DNA from: Octopus vulgaris
Taxonomy: Eukaryota
Assembly (NCBI GenBank): GCA_951406725.2
Contig: OX597816.1
Location: 123,752,001-123,816,000, forward strand
DNA: 64,000 nt
Direction: 5' to 3'
Both the position numbers and the translations under genes were made by a program. Below the pieces are notes generated by a model. That model was given only the letters and a program-made list of their open reading frames with translations. It had not been told where the DNA came from and did not search any database. Shown here in pieces: positions 51,867 to 64,000 of this stretch. Each line of letters opens with the position of its first letter. The stretch's first letter is position 1.

Positions 51867-52322
51867 GTGTATTCTTACATGACAATAATTTTGCATACTA
51901 ATACACTCTACTTCAAGTTGGATTATCTTATATTTCTACAACATAAAGATGTATTGAAAGATACATTTAGAAGTATTTGTATAGATTTACCACACCTGAT
52001 CAAACACTATAAGGTGTCTACAGCAGATTCATATTTATTGTTTGTAGATTCACACAACAATAACATTCTTGAAAAAGATTTCTTTTTTAGGAGATTAAAT
52101 CCTAAAAAGCAACAAAATTATACTCCAGCCCTTTCCTGATATGGAACTACTAAAATATATAAATATAGCATTTTTTTCTGACTGATGATTGTACAACACT
52201 CCATGAAACCCATTACCTTGAGTTTAAGGCCTAAAACAAATATTGCCTGATGAGTTTCTACATCAGAAAGTTATACTGAAATATATATTTTTATATTTTA
52301 GACATTAAAAAAAAAATGGGCA

Positions 52323-52555
52323 AAGACTCCCTTCATTCATGAATGGGATTGCACCTAAGAAGTTCCCCTCTGGAGCACAAGTTTGGGCAAGGTTGTTTAT
52401 GGAAGACTAGCTGTTGCCCATGCATATCAGCTTCCCCTCTCCGTGCCACTGATGTTATCCAAGAGAAAGGCAAAGGCTAATACAGCTTGACACCAGTGAC
52501 ATCAAACTCACTACCCCATGATTGTGAACCTAATGCTGTAACCTCTGAGCTATGC
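52323..52555 (-). mobile_element. Family B SINE, internally deleted
   Basis: Reverse complement matches the 3' half of 17131-17455, then jumps to the head. Confidence 0.7.
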
Positions 52556-52724
52556 TCCCATTTCACTATCATTTATAGTTTTATTCATCTCGAGATCCAC
52601 CTTTTCGAAAAAGAATTATTTCACATTCCCTTGAAGCTTAGAAATTCTTCAGACATCAACAGAATGCAATTCTCACTGGTAAGAATGAAGTTTCTAAAAT
52701 GGATAGAGAAATTTGAAGGATTAC

Positions 52725-52841
52725 CTTGATCCAATGGTAGGATACCTCTCATGCTTACAGAAGATGTGGTTTCAGACCCCATGTGTAGCCTTCAACATTT
52801 GCTATCCAAAGGGTTTCTAACCCAATTTTTACACACCATTC
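52725..52841 (-). other. Candidate 117-nt exon
   Basis: AATTCTTTTAG acceptor; donor AAG|GTAATC (alternative TCT|GTAAGC, exon end 52759). Confidence 0.3.
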
Positions 52842-53218
52842 CTAAAAGAATTATATATTTTTATATTGATTAATAGTTGTCCACTCATATATCAAAGGAG
52901 AAAATACTTGATGTTGACATATTTTCATTCTTTCTTCTGTTAATTTTGATGTTATACCTATGCTAATTAATTTATATCATGTTCTGTTATTTAAGGCAAT
53001 ACTGTAGATATATTGCTAGCATGTGGCCACAGGTGGTGCTTTTTTGACAAATACTACTTTATTGAACTTTGATGTCTAAAGTAGAGAAGTGAAACAATTC
53101 TGCTATATAAATGCTCAAATAAAATTTACTGGCAGTCATGTTTTACAGTTTTAACATGCACACAAACACACACATGCATGCACATATCTAATATTTAGAC
53201 ACATGTATATATTTGTGT

Positions 53219-53250
<32 letters not shown>

Positions 53251-53384
53251 TTGTGTATGTGTGTGTACATAGAATATAAAGAAAGTCAGGAGGTATGAAA
53301 TGAATATATTTATTCCACCAGTTGATATCCATAATATATATATATATACATATATATGTACAAATGTGTGTGTATGTATGTGTG

Positions 53385-53415
<31 letters not shown>

Positions 53416-53559
53416 CATCATCATCATCTTCATTTAACATCTGCTTTCTATGCTGGCATAGTTTCTATGGCTGGATGCCCTTCCTAATGCCAATTACTCC
53501 AAGAGTGCAATGGGTGCCTTTTACCAATAGCATATGGTGGTTGTTGTATTGGGTGTGCT

Positions 53560-54500
53560 GCCACACCCAATGCCATCACATTTCAAGCAGTGGTATAACA
53601 AAAGTCTTCCATCAAGATGCTTACACTCTGTCGTACATGCACACGGATAATGTACAACCAGCGAAGCATACTAGCTTCATTTTTCTCAAGCCCTCACATG
53701 TCCTCTGTGGTAGCATGACTGTTTGCACACAGGCATCATACGATCTGCCTTTCACTCTGAGAGAGAGGCCCTTATTTACCAACAAAGGTAGAAGCTCTCT
53801 GAACCTTGCCCAGCCTATTCTTATTTACACAGTTATGCTCTTGGAGCTTCCACCTCTGCTACTGACTTGGTCACCTAGATAACAGAAGCTATCTATTACT
53901 TCTAACTTTTACCCCTGGCATTTGATGGGTCTATTTTCTGTACATTTTTAGTGTTAATTGTACCTGTACATCTGCCACATACAAAGATCATTTTCTTTGT
54001 CAATCTTCCTCTGATATTGCTGCACCACTTATGCATCTATAGCTTGTACTGCATACATCCTCTTGTGGAGTTTCTAATTATGCCTTTTCTACAGATTGAG
54101 CAGGGCCATCTACCTGAAAGGATTTGTGATTTGTCTGCATTCCTACTTACTAAGACTTTGATTTTTGCTAAATTAACTCTAAGGCTCTTTGATTCTAGAC
54201 CTTACATCCACATGTGAAATTTCTTGTCTAGTGATTCAGCTATATGAACTAGGTGATCAGCATAGAGGAGCTCCTAGGGGCAGCCCGACTTAAATTCCTC
54301 TGTTATTGCCTGAGGGATTATGAGGTACAAGAGGGGGCTGAGGAATGATCCATGGTGAACCCTTACTTGTACCTTGAATTCATTGCTAAACTTGTTGCCA
54401 ACCCACACCTTACTGATAGCATCCCTGTACATGATTTGTACAGCTCTCACCAAACACTTATCTATCTCTAGTTTCTGCATTGGCCAGTAGATAAGGTGGT
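53560..54500 (-). mobile_element. RTE LINE RT/C-terminal fragment (older)
   Basis: LVRAVQIMYRDAISKV.VGN....VHHGSFLSPLL...QAITEEFKSGCP*ELLYADHLV. Confidence 0.88.
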
Positions 54501-54509
54501 CAATGTATA

Positions 54510-55505
54510 TCATCATCATCGTTTAACGTCTGCTTTCCATGCAAGCATGGGTTGGACGGTTCAACTGGGGTCTGGGAAGCCAGAAGGCTGCACCAGGCTC
54601 CAGTCTGATCTGGCAGTGTTTCTACAGTTGGATGCCCTTCCTAATGCCAACCACTTCGAGAGTGTAGTGGGTGCTTTTTATGTGCCACCTGCACAGGTGC
54701 CAGACAAGGCTGGCAAACGGCCACAATCGGATGGTGCTTTATATGTGCCACCGGCACGGAGGCCTGTCGGAGTGGCGCTGGCAATGGCCATGTTCGGACA
54801 GTTCTCTTACGTGCCACCGGCACTGGTATCTCAGCTACAATTTCCATTGATGTTGAGAGATTTCGATTTTGATTTTGATTTTCATTTTGATTTTCACTTG
54901 CCTCAACAGGTCTTTACAAGTAGGGTTTGTGTCACAAGAAGGAACGGTATGCATAAGTGGGCTGGCTACGTCCCAGGCAGTGGCCATGGGTATGGTCTCA
55001 CTTGTCCTGCCGGGTCTTCCCATGCACAGCATACTTCCAAAAGTCTCAGTCTCTGGTCATTTCCTCGGTGAGACCTAAAGTTCGAAGGTCGTTCTTCACC
55101 ACCTTGTTCCAGGTTTTCCTGGGTCTACCTCTTCCACAGGTTCCCTCAACCGCCAGGGTGTGGCACTTTTTCACACAACTATCTTCATCCATTCTCGCTA
55201 CATGACCATACCAGTGCAAACGTCTCTCTTGCACACCACAACTGATGCTTCTTAGGTCCAACTTTTCTCTCAGGGTACTTACACTCTGTCGAGTATGAAC
55301 ACTGACATTACACATCCATCGGAGCATACTGGCTTCATTTCTTGCGAGCTTACGCATATCCTCAGCAGTCACAGCCCATGTTTCACTGCCATGTAGCATG
55401 GCTGTTCATACACACGCATCATACAGTCTGCCTTTTACTCTCAGCGAGAGGCCTTTTGTCACCAGCAGAGGTAAGAGCTCTCTGAACTTTGCCCAGGCTA
55501 ATTAT
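54510..55505 (-). mobile_element. RTE LINE 3' end (younger), with 3' UTR and (ATG)n tail
   Basis: ORF MLHGSETWAVTAEDMRKLARNEASMLRWMCNV...RRLHWYGHVARMDEDSCVKKC...GRGRPRKTW. Confidence 0.93.
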
Positions 55506-56214
55506 TTGGACTATGAGTATTTCTCCTGTGACACCTGACAAGATGCAGCCTGCAAAGATGGCTGCAACACAATTAACTGTGCAGTATCCCATCTGTATGA
55601 GACAGATACAGGATGTGTCAAAATGATTGTTTTGTTGAATAAAGACTATTGCTGACTCCATTTCCATTTCCCTCGTTCACTACACACACACGCGCACATA
55701 CATAGACACATGACCCCCCCCCCCCCCAAACCTATGTGTATAAACATTAAAATATGCATGTATACTGAAATCAGCTCACTAATCTTGTTCCGAAACATCA
55801 TAATTCATTTGCTCTCAATGAGTGACCACCTTATTAATTTCCAGTCAAAACTTAGCTGCTACTAAGGTTGACTGGAAATACATAAGTCAAAAGTTAGTGA
55901 AAGGACAAAGTGTAAAATATGTAAAATTGCTACAAACAAGAAATCTAAAGCTTAGATCTCATTGTCTGATATGTCTTGCTTATTCTTAAAACAATTTTAA
56001 TAACATTATTTTGAAACCACTGTGCACCTATATATCGAGTTTAGTTTAGGATGACATCAATTTCCTATCTCAATTACCTAAAGCAACAGAACCAATTAGT
56101 TTTTGTTAATTTTGACATAGCAATTCTCTCCTCAAATATTCTTCATGATTTATGAATAACAGTAATCATATAATATGTTGAAAAACATACAGAGATTTCT
56201 CCAAACAGCTTTAC

Positions 56215-56288
56215 CATAGATTTTATATTTGATACAATCAGCCTTATTTAAGTCACTAGTACCTTCTTTCTCATTGGGAAAAAGCTGC
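56215..56288 (-). other. Candidate 74-nt exon
   Basis: CTTTTAATTTTTAG acceptor, ATG|GTAAAG donor; open frame QLFPNEKEGTSDLNKADCIKYKIY. Confidence 0.35.
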
Positions 56289-56353
56289 CTAAAAATTAAA
56301 AGTACAGCTGTATGAACAAAGTTTGCTTCAGTGTATTTAAAATCAGTAATGGA

Positions 56354-56702
56354 ATCATCATCATCATCATCATCATCATCATTTAGCATCCGCTTTCCAT
56401 GCTAGCATGGGTTGGACGGTTCAACTGGGGTCTGTGAAGCTGGAAGGCTTCATCAGGCTCAGTCAGATCTGGCAGTGTTTCTACGGCTAGATGCACTTCC
56501 TAACGCCAACCACTCCATGAGTGTAGTGGGTGCTTTTTACGTGCCACCCGCACAGGTGCCAGACAGAGCTGGCAAACGGCCACAAACGGATGGTGCTTTT
56601 ACGTGTCACCGGCACGGGGGCCAGACGAGGCTGGCAACGGACACGAACGGATGGTGCTTTTACGTGCCACCGACACGGGGCCAGACAGAGCTGGCAAACG
56701 GA
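56354..56702 (-). mobile_element. RTE 3' UTR fragment with tandem modules
   Basis: (CAT)n, then three GGTGCTTTT(T)ACGTG.CACC modules each followed by GCCAGAC..GCTGGCAA. Confidence 0.85.
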
Positions 56703-56930
56703 ATATTTGAAACAAAAAATTAAAAAAGAAACCTAACCAAAATGGAGGATAAAAACTATATTATTGATTTAAAAAACACATAGAGGACACTTTGAAAAGG
56801 TTTCTTGATAATATTGTGATAATATGAAAAAACATCTGTTGATATTTCAGATAAATTAAGCATTCTTCTGAATAATTTACATCAATTCCCTAAATTTAGA
56901 AATTTAGAAAGGAGACAAGAATCTTCACAT

Positions 56931-57146
56931 AATGGTTTCAAATTTTGGTACAAGGCCAGCAGTTTTGAAAAGGGGCTAAGTTGGTTACCTCAACACCAAT
57001 ATTCAACTGGTACTTATTTTATTGACCACTAAAGGATAAAAAACAAAGTCGACCTTGGTGGCAATTGAACTCAGAACATAAAGATGGACAAAATGCTGCT
57101 AAGCATTTTACCTGGTGTGCTAACGATTTTGCCAGCTTGCCACCAT
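56931..57146 (-). mobile_element. Meta-like tRNA SINE
   Basis: ACTGGTACTTATTTTATTGACC..AAAGGAT core and TTGAACTCAG B box (reverse complement). Confidence 0.8.
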
Positions 57147-57189
57147 GATGGGGATTAATAATGGTTTAAAATTTTGGTGCTGGATAAAA

Positions 57190-57430
57190 TCAGTTGTCAA
57201 GCAATGCTGGGGGTACAAACATGGAAACACAAACACACACATTACATAAATGCATATATATATATATTTATATACATGACAGGTTACTTTCAGTTTCTGT
57301 CTACTAAATCCACTCACAAGGCTTTGGTTGGCCCAAGGCTATATTAGAAGACACTTGCCCAAAGTGACATGCAGTGGGACTGAACCTGGAACCATGTGGT
57401 TGGTAAGCAAGCTACTTACCACACAGCCAC
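57190..57430 (-). mobile_element. CORE-like SINE 5' part
   Basis: GGGACTGAACC..TGGTAAGCAAGCTACTTACCACACAGCCAC. Confidence 0.8.
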
Positions 57431-58379
57431 TGTGTGTGTGTGTGTGTGTGTGTTTATCTTTTGGTTGTTGCCTTCTTTGGACTGCGGCCTTCCAGAGGGT
57501 ATTTACAGTAAATAAAAACAAAATGTATGTTTTGAAATCATTTAATACATATGTTTCACGTCTGTGTAATATATAGTAGGAAATTCATCCATTATATAAG
57601 ACCATCCTCGGTTAAAACATTACAAAAATCTTTCAAACATTTTAACTGAAGGTCTTATGTAATGAATGCATTCCCTGTTATACATTATGCAAACCTGAAT
57701 GTACATATCAAATGATTTCAAAATTTCACTATATGGTTTAATTCATTATTACAACTTATACAATCTGAAACCACTGCAGACTAGATGGTCCAGAATCTAC
57801 TTACACAGATAATCTGACAACGATTTGGAATAAATTTTTGTATTTGACTCAAGTCAAAAATTCTGGTAATGTGCACCACTTCTTAGCATAACATGATATA
57901 TCTTTGTATATTATGTTTTTATGATTGTGTATAGAAGAATATACTACTCAAAGGAATTCCAACTCTGTTTGTTTTTCATGTTTTATTTATAATCTTATGA
58001 TATTAATATAAGACATAAAATAATATAGTAAAATGAAATAAAATGAAGTATTAATTGTCTATTCTTATTGAACAAATGAAATATTAAATGTCCATTCTTA
58101 TTGAACTAGTATACTTTCTTGCATTTAAGCAATCTCCAGGTTCATATGGTGGTGGTGACAGTTGTGATCACTGGTTTCAACTGTGGTTGACTGGTTAAAT
58201 TTTGTTGTTTTATATACATTCATGTGGATAGAAGTAGCAGTTTCTTGGCTATTTTTAGAAATGATGCCATACCATTTTTCAGTGCTTATTTTTAGAAATG
58301 ATGACAGCAGTGCTTTTTAGAGATTTTTATTTTTTAGATATGGGGATAAGACTTTTAAACCTTAAATAAGATTATTTTT

Positions 58380-59465
58380 TATCATTGTTTATTAAACTTG
58401 GGTTTCAATTTATTAATAAATAAAGTCCTTTTCTCTCAGTTTTCTCTTGATTTAATTTGGATTGTATAGTTTATGAAATGGAAATATTATAAATATTTTC
58501 CGGCCACATGTTGCTAGATGGTTACTCAGTGGTATTTGACGGACTTCTGGATTATAACTTTGTTGTCAGTGCACATGTGAATGTTCTGATAGTGCATTGC
58601 CTGTCTGGCCAACATACAGTTCTTCACAATTTGGGCATTTGATGCAGTAGATTAAATTTCTGCTATTGCAGTTCATATTTGCGTTTGTGAATATTTTCCC
58701 CGTTTTTGTGTTCATATATGGGTCGATATGAATTAATAGGCTAGCATTGCATTTAGACACACTGAATGGTTGGTCTTTGTTGCTAAGGTCAAACCTTGTC
58801 TTTGTTAATAACTTTTCAAGCTTTTAGGCTGTCTTTTACTGGGAGTTATAGTTTGGTCTGTAATTCCTTACTATGAGCAATGATTGGTAGGTTTGCTTTA
58901 GCAATATTGAAGATGTTCTGGTGGCATGGATTATGCGTCACTATAAACAGTATGATTTGTTCTTGTTTTTCTCTTCTTTGTGTTGTCCTCAGTTGTTCTG
59001 TGGGTATTTTCATAGCCCACTGAATACCATTTTCTATAAGTAGTGATGGGTATTTTTGTTTGAGCAGAAATTCTTTCAGTTCCATCAGACGTTGATTCCT
59101 GATCTTCAAATCTTCTACAAGGGTAAAGATTCTTCTGGCTAAGCAGTATGGGATGTTACGTTTTTTATGCAGTAGATGGCACGATTTAAAATTCAGGTAT
59201 TGATGTGTATATAATATATATCTGTGATAATGGTGGTGTTCTTTTTAATTACCATTATATCTAGGAATGGTAATTTGGTACTACTCATCTCCTTTGTAAA
59301 TTGGATGGATTGCTATAGGTTGTTCAGGAGGATATTGTATTCTAGTGTTTTGAGATTTTGTTCAGATTATGAAGCAATCGTCAAGGTATCTCTTCCATGC
59401 ATTTTCAATATACTTCCTAAATTCAATGTTGTATCTCTCCATTTCCTGGTAGAGTTTTTGTTCTA
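58380..59465 (-). mobile_element. Penelope-like element (RT C-terminus + GIY-YIG endonuclease), 5'-truncated
   Basis: WKRYLDDCF, LPFLDIMV, QYLNFKSCH..H.KRNIPYCLARRIFT, NLIYCIKCPNCEELYVGQTG, RQIPLSNHLATC. Confidence 0.92.
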
Positions 59466-59615
59466 ATCTAAGAGTGGTTTATTCAACAGTTTTACTTATA
59501 ACACTGACAGAGAAAGTTAAGTTTGACCCTAGGAATTAAGAATCGCTGATGCAGATTAAGATGGTCTATATCAAAATCTAAAATCGCGATCGAACTATGT
59601 ATGCTGAAGACTTAC

Positions 59616-59725
59616 CTCCCTTCATCAGTCATTAAGACAGTGCATTTTGTGGCTTTTGAGTTGTGTTAGCTCTAATATTTAGCAAAAGTGGTGCTAGTCA
59701 ATACTCTCTGTCATTTTTGTGACCT
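59616..59725 (-). other. Candidate 5' exon ending in a consensus donor
   Basis: GAG|GTAAGT donor; ATG ACT GAT GAA GGG AG just upstream; 5' boundary uncertain. Confidence 0.3.
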
Positions 59726-60174
59726 CTATAGTATATATATATATATATATATATTTGAGTGTGTGTGTGTGAGTATGTGAAATTTGACTGGTGATGACTG
59801 CTGCTGTCATCTTGCAGTTGTTTTAGTGTAAGAGGCAAAGTAATAAAAATATATATGTTGCTTAACACTAAGAGGTAGTGCATGGTACCAGAATTTTTGA
59901 CTTGAATATAAAAATCTACTCCGAATTTTTGTTATTGTTTTCTTGTAAGCAGAGTCATGCCTGATTAGTTTGTAATTATGTAATAATGAAGTCAAGCGAA
60001 ATAGTGATACTCTGAAATCTTTTAATACAAACATTTCAGGTCTAAAACTTTCCTCATTTAAAAGGTTTGAAGATTTTTAGAAATGTTTTAAATGAGGAAG
60101 GTCTTATATATATGAAAAACATACAGACATGTACTCTAGGAACACATATACAGAGTATTGCTAAAAGCTTACTC

Positions 60175-60790
60175 ATTCATCATCATCACCAACTTTTCAT
60201 ATCCATTTACCTATGCTTCCATGGTTTGGATATGTCTTTACCAGTTCAGTGTTTCACTACTTGTTGCAATCTTTTGACGCCTCTTTCATGTTGTTCAGTA
60301 TCTTAACACCATTTTCACCAGTTTTTCCCATCTTCCTAAGTTTCCTTCTTCTGCAGTTTCTTCCCACTTAGATCATTTGACATTTCTTTACTGAAATGTC
60401 AGCCTCCATTTGCATCATATAACCATATAAGTTCAGTCTTTTTTCTTGCTCATTATGTCTGATTTCTCTTATACACAGTTTTTCTCTCAGCACATTTGTG
60501 CTTCATTACTTGTGCACACTAACATGACACATTCAATTGAACATGCATGCCCTATCTCATTACAGCTTTTGGACAGCTTCTGCATTTCTCGTGCTTTTCT
60601 ACTATGCAGCAATGCACTTCATTCATATAGGGAGAGAATTCATTGCTACCAGCAGAAGTAAAAGTTCCTTGAACAGTTTCCAAACTTTCTTACTCTGGTT
60701 ACTATGATTTTGGAATAACTTTCTCCACTGTTAGTGTTTTATCCTCAGGAATGTGGTCTGTTCTCTATTTCTAGGGATTCTTGCAGATAT
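60175..60790 (-). mobile_element. Very decayed RTE LINE 3' region
   Basis: (CAT)n tail, then weak similarity to the reverse-strand RTE at 54510-55505. Confidence 0.4.
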
Positions 60791-61046
60791 TTCCTCATTG
60801 TCATCATTGTTGTTGTTGACATCATTGTCATCGTCGTTATCATCATAATCCTTGCTTTGGCAAACTTTCTACTGATAGATGCCCTTCCTTTTGTCAGTCC
60901 TCACCTTTCCAAGTCAAGTAATATTCGCCATGACTAGACATGCTTGCATAGAAGATTAGAAATGAATGATATGGCTTGCATGACTGACACACCCATTTAA
61001 AACTATCACACTGTATCAAGGTAATGAGACTTTCTCACAGCATGTA

Positions 61047-61079
<33 letters not shown>

Positions 61080-61246
61080 TTATATTCATGTTTTTTAATA
61101 ACTGCTTGTATTCTTATCTATATACATTAAATAATATACTATATGTATGTTATTACGGTTGTCGTTTTGATAAATAAACAAGTCAACATTTTAATGTCCT
61201 GAAGTTGATGAACCAACTAATGTGCTTCTCCATATTTTTAATTTGC

Positions 61247-61278
<32 letters not shown>

Positions 61279-61789
61279 ATGGCATTCTTACAGCTTCTGT
61301 CTACCAAATCCCCTCTCAAGTTTGGTTGGGCTGAAGCTGCAATACAAAACATTTTCTCAAGGTGCTATCTAGTTGAACTAAACCTGAAATCATCTAGTTG
61401 TGAACTAAACATTTTACCACACAGCCATGCTTGCACCTATTTTTAATAACTGATTTCAGTCAGTTGCCTCTAATACATTGACTACAAACAAAATCCTTTT
61501 TCTCAGTCAGATTGCTTGTATTCCTACTGTATTCCTATGATGCATTCAAGGTTTACTGTAATCCTCCTGTGCATTACATTTGGTAACACCATATAGAATT
61601 CTTACCAATTCCTTTTATTCCTTTTCTATAAACTGAAAAAAAAAAATTTTAAAGGAAGAAATGTGGGGAAGTTGGGGAAGGGGTATGTAATGACTAGAAA
61701 ATAATAAAGAAGACTGTTACATTAACCGCTGTTTTAGAAAGAAAAAGAGCCCTAAAATGCCTGTTATTAGACTGTTGTCCATTTCTGCA

Positions 61790-62320
61790 TATCAGATTTC
61801 CAGAATGTCAGTATAAATTTGTCTTCTTTCCTGGTGACTAAAACTTTTGCCTCACAAAATTTAATTCAATGCCTCTCAATTTTTGGTTTTGCATAAATAT
61901 TTGGAGCTGCTTCTCTAATTCTTTAACAGATTCATTTGTGAGAACCAGGTCATTAGCATATAAAAGTCCCCATCTACAACCACTCTTTAACATTTCGCTC
62001 ATGGCCTGGAGAACTATTATAAACAGTAGGAGGTTAAGAGCCAAGCTCTGATAAATATCAGCTTGCCTCTAAATTCAATTCTAAGTTCAAAGCTAACTCT
62101 AAACCTGCTGACAGTATCTCTTTCAATGGTTTGTATGTCTTTCACAAGCAATTTTCTACATATAGTAACCACTAGATTAAATAACATGATAACATGATAC
62201 CTTGTCAAAAATCTATTCCATGTCAAAGAATGCTTGGTATAATAATTTGCTCTCTTCTAAGAACTCCTGTAGTTGCCTTACTAGGAAGTGGCAAGGATGT
62301 TTGTACAAGGATGAAGTACA
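61790..62320 (-). mobile_element. RTE LINE RT fragment
   Basis: LLFIIVLQAMSEMLKSGCRWGLLYANDLVL. Confidence 0.75.
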
Positions 62321-63129
62321 ATCTCATCTAAGTGAATTTTCTAGTTAATTAACTGTGCTAATTACATCATGCAAATATCTTTCAAAACTTTTACATATCT
62401 TCAGAGACCAATGAACTCTTACAATATATCTGTTTGTTTAGACCAACACATCATGATTTAAAGATATTTTTCAAATTATAAATCAAAGAAGGAGAGAAAA
62501 TTTAATTTTCTATGATTTCAAAAAAGCTAAAACTTATTTCTGATAGCTCTGAGCAAGATAAAATATTTTAGCATTACTGTGTATGTAGACAAGAGATACT
62601 TATTCAACCTGGTGTTGGTGTCACATATATGCTGCAATGTACTGGCTGTCATGCAATTAAGATCTTTCATGATGTAACCAGTTGTTTTTCTCATTTAAAC
62701 ACCCCATGTTAAAAATTAGACAGAAATTAAACAAAAATTTGATAAATTTTACTTTTATTTTTAAAAAAACGAGAATTTTATGAATATTTTACAAAATGGA
62801 AAAAAAAACACCACCATACAATCATGTGTTAATTTACAAATTTGTTTGAAATTAAATATCGTTATAAAATTTTTGCTTCTGAAAACTGCTGCGAATTTAA
62901 GTAAATTAAGTTAAATTGCAAAATGTCCAAATATAGCTTGAATGACAAAATTTTATTACACATTACTAGTGAGTATATCTGTGTGTATGTGCATGTATGT
63001 GATTAAATGACAAAGGAACAGGAAATCTTGCAATGAGTTAGAATAGCTTACAACTGTTTCCGTTATGGGATGTAGTGCACCCAGAGGAGAGTGCTTGTGC
63101 ACTTTATAGCTTCTTAAATATATATAGTG

Positions 63130-63285
63130 CAATCTGTGGAGTGGTTAGTGTTAGAAAGGGAATCCAGCCATAAAAACCATGCCAAACAGACATTGAAGCC
63201 TAGTGTAATCTTCTACCTGGCTAGCTCCTGTCAAACCACCCGACTCATACCAAAATGGAAGGTGGATATTAAACGATGATGATAA
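63130..63285 (+). mobile_element. RTE 3' tail fragment
   Basis: GGAGTGGTTAGTGTTAGAAAGGGAATCCAGCC ... ATTAAACGATGATGAT. Confidence 0.7.
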
Positions 63286-63288
63286 GGA

Positions 63289-63329
<41 letters not shown>

Positions 63330-64000
63330 CATATATATAAAATGGCGATTTGACGTCTATGTTTAGCATATAGGGTGTCCACTTTAGTGGTCATTCCTCT
63401 AAATTTTGTATGTAACACAATTTCTAATCTTTGGATTTTTTAAATATGCTAAGCCACTGGTTTTAATTGATTAGCATCAATTTCTACTCTTTTTATTTTA
63501 TTTTATATAATATATATATATATACGTGTACATCCATGGTTGCATATATATGTGCATCTCTTGGTGTATGTGTGGGTGCACATGTGTGTGTTTCATGCGA
63601 GTGTGAGTGAGCATATGCATATAGGCATATGTATGTGGGTGTGCGTGCGCACATGTGTATGTATGTACATGCATGCATACGCGATTGCTTTGAACATTTT
63701 AACTCCTTTACTTTTTACTTCCTCTCCTTCAGTTCTTTCTCTTATTTAACGGTCATTTTCATAGCATATTTTGATTACCTCAATAACTGAAGAAATGCCA
63801 GTGTGAGTTTCTGCCCCAACATCCAAAACTCGGAGTTTCATTATGTCAACCGAATAATTGTCACATATTATATTATATATATATATATATATATGCATGT
63901 ATGTATTTATGTATATATATATATATTTATATATATTCATGTATGTATATATATATAGTTAATCCAAGCAAGAAAACACAAAAAAACACAACAACGCGAG

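Noticed and set aside
53322-55071. Long + strand ORFs of 186 and 191 aa
   Set aside because: Antisense read-through of RTE LINE sequence and its 3' UTR.
59619-59630. CTGATGA box on the - strand (and CTGATGA..GAAA at ~52247-52270)
   Set aside because: No properly placed GAAA or pairing stems; expected by chance.

Overview
Repeat-dense, AT-rich eukaryotic DNA, most likely an intronic or intergenic region of a cephalopod (Octopus-like) genome. That assignment is inferred from the SINE families and the extreme microsatellite density. No intact protein-coding gene is recognisable: nearly all long ORFs in the track are microsatellite read-throughs or decayed transposon fragments. The window holds several tRNA-derived SINE families, fragments of RTE, R4/Dong-like and Penelope-like retroelements, an ORF1-only L1/Tx1-like element, Tc1/mariner and hAT relics, MITEs and nested non-autonomous Helitrons. 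The most notable observations are: (1) a ~0.8 kb non-coding insertion carrying two inverted minimal hammerhead-ribozyme cores, nested in a TTAA-type MITE, plus other scattered hammerhead relics; (2) a candidate 33-nt microexon with a perfect TACTAAC branch point, with other minus-strand candidate exons of an unidentified transcript; (3) a Helitron inside a Helitron with a ~130-bp tandem array; (4) a SINE dimer with one shared target-site duplication; (5) a duplicated SINE+fold-back composite. Everything was read by eye. Family names come from motif recognition, not database searches, and boundaries of decayed elements are approximate.
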